Source: Elusimicrobiota bacterium (GTDB lineage: Bacteria > CG03 > SLGR01 > JBDRKX01). Taken from it: a stretch of DNA of 15,102 bases. Made by a program: the position numbers and the translations under genes. A model generated the notes under the pieces. The model did not search any database, had not been told where the DNA came from, and worked only from the letters and a program-made list of their open reading frames with translations. Positions within the stretch are counted from its first letter, which is position 1, and each line of letters opens with the position of its first letter. Positions 14,968 through 15,102 of the stretch are shown here, in pieces. The DNA lies in the NCBI GenBank assembly GCA_043813605.1, contig JBDRKX010000065.1, forward strand, positions 1 through 15,102, given 5' to 3'.

Positions 14968-15031
14968 GAGACTTTCAAACTATGTTCGAAACTTCACTAA
15001 AAAGAATTATATTAAATTCCCCTGTGAATAA
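14963..15031 (+). pseudogene. Orphan recombinase-like C-terminal tail / att junction, copy 2
   Basis: Reads WRRLSNYVRNFTKKNYIKFPCE*, with an in-frame TGA 9 codons upstream and no start. Begins TGGCGGAGA, identical to the tRNA-Ser 3'-end antisense. Confidence 0.5.
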
Positions 15032-15102
15032 TCAAAAAATAATCTCTTCCAGCGCTTTTATTCCGTTAATAAAATATTTTTCAGAGAAAACTAACGCTTC
15101 GC

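Overview
Bacterial chromosomal window from a probable diderm anaerobe (PFOR, AsmA-like protein, beta-barrel protein). The core genes are a single-chain pyruvate:ferredoxin/flavodoxin oxidoreductase (+) converging on a REC, REC-GGDEF, dnaX, ybaB, recR block (-). There are three minus-strand tRNAs (Asn-GTT, Ala-CGC, Ser-GGA) and an AsmA-like gene. Every tRNA 3' end shows signs of integration. (1) A large serine recombinase entering from the left reads through the antisense of tRNA-Asn without a stop. (2) A ~4.3 kb recombinase-less island (RHH regulator, DUF2490-like barrel, SsuABC/NitT-like ABC transporter) lies between a TGGCGGAG core at 8766 and the tRNA-Ser 3' end. (3) Two start-less 22-codon peptide tails (WRSLSNYVRTF.../WRRLSNYVRNF...) begin exactly at tRNA-Ser-like cores and look like recombinase C-termini split off by integration. 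(4) Two related ~185-bp structured units (8316-8503, 14781-14962) carry tRNA 3'-end copies and covarying stems. The first can fold into a 93-nt tRNA-Ala mimic with an intact G3:U70 acceptor stem and T-arm but no D or anticodon arm. All family assignments are from motif recognition by eye; no searches were run.
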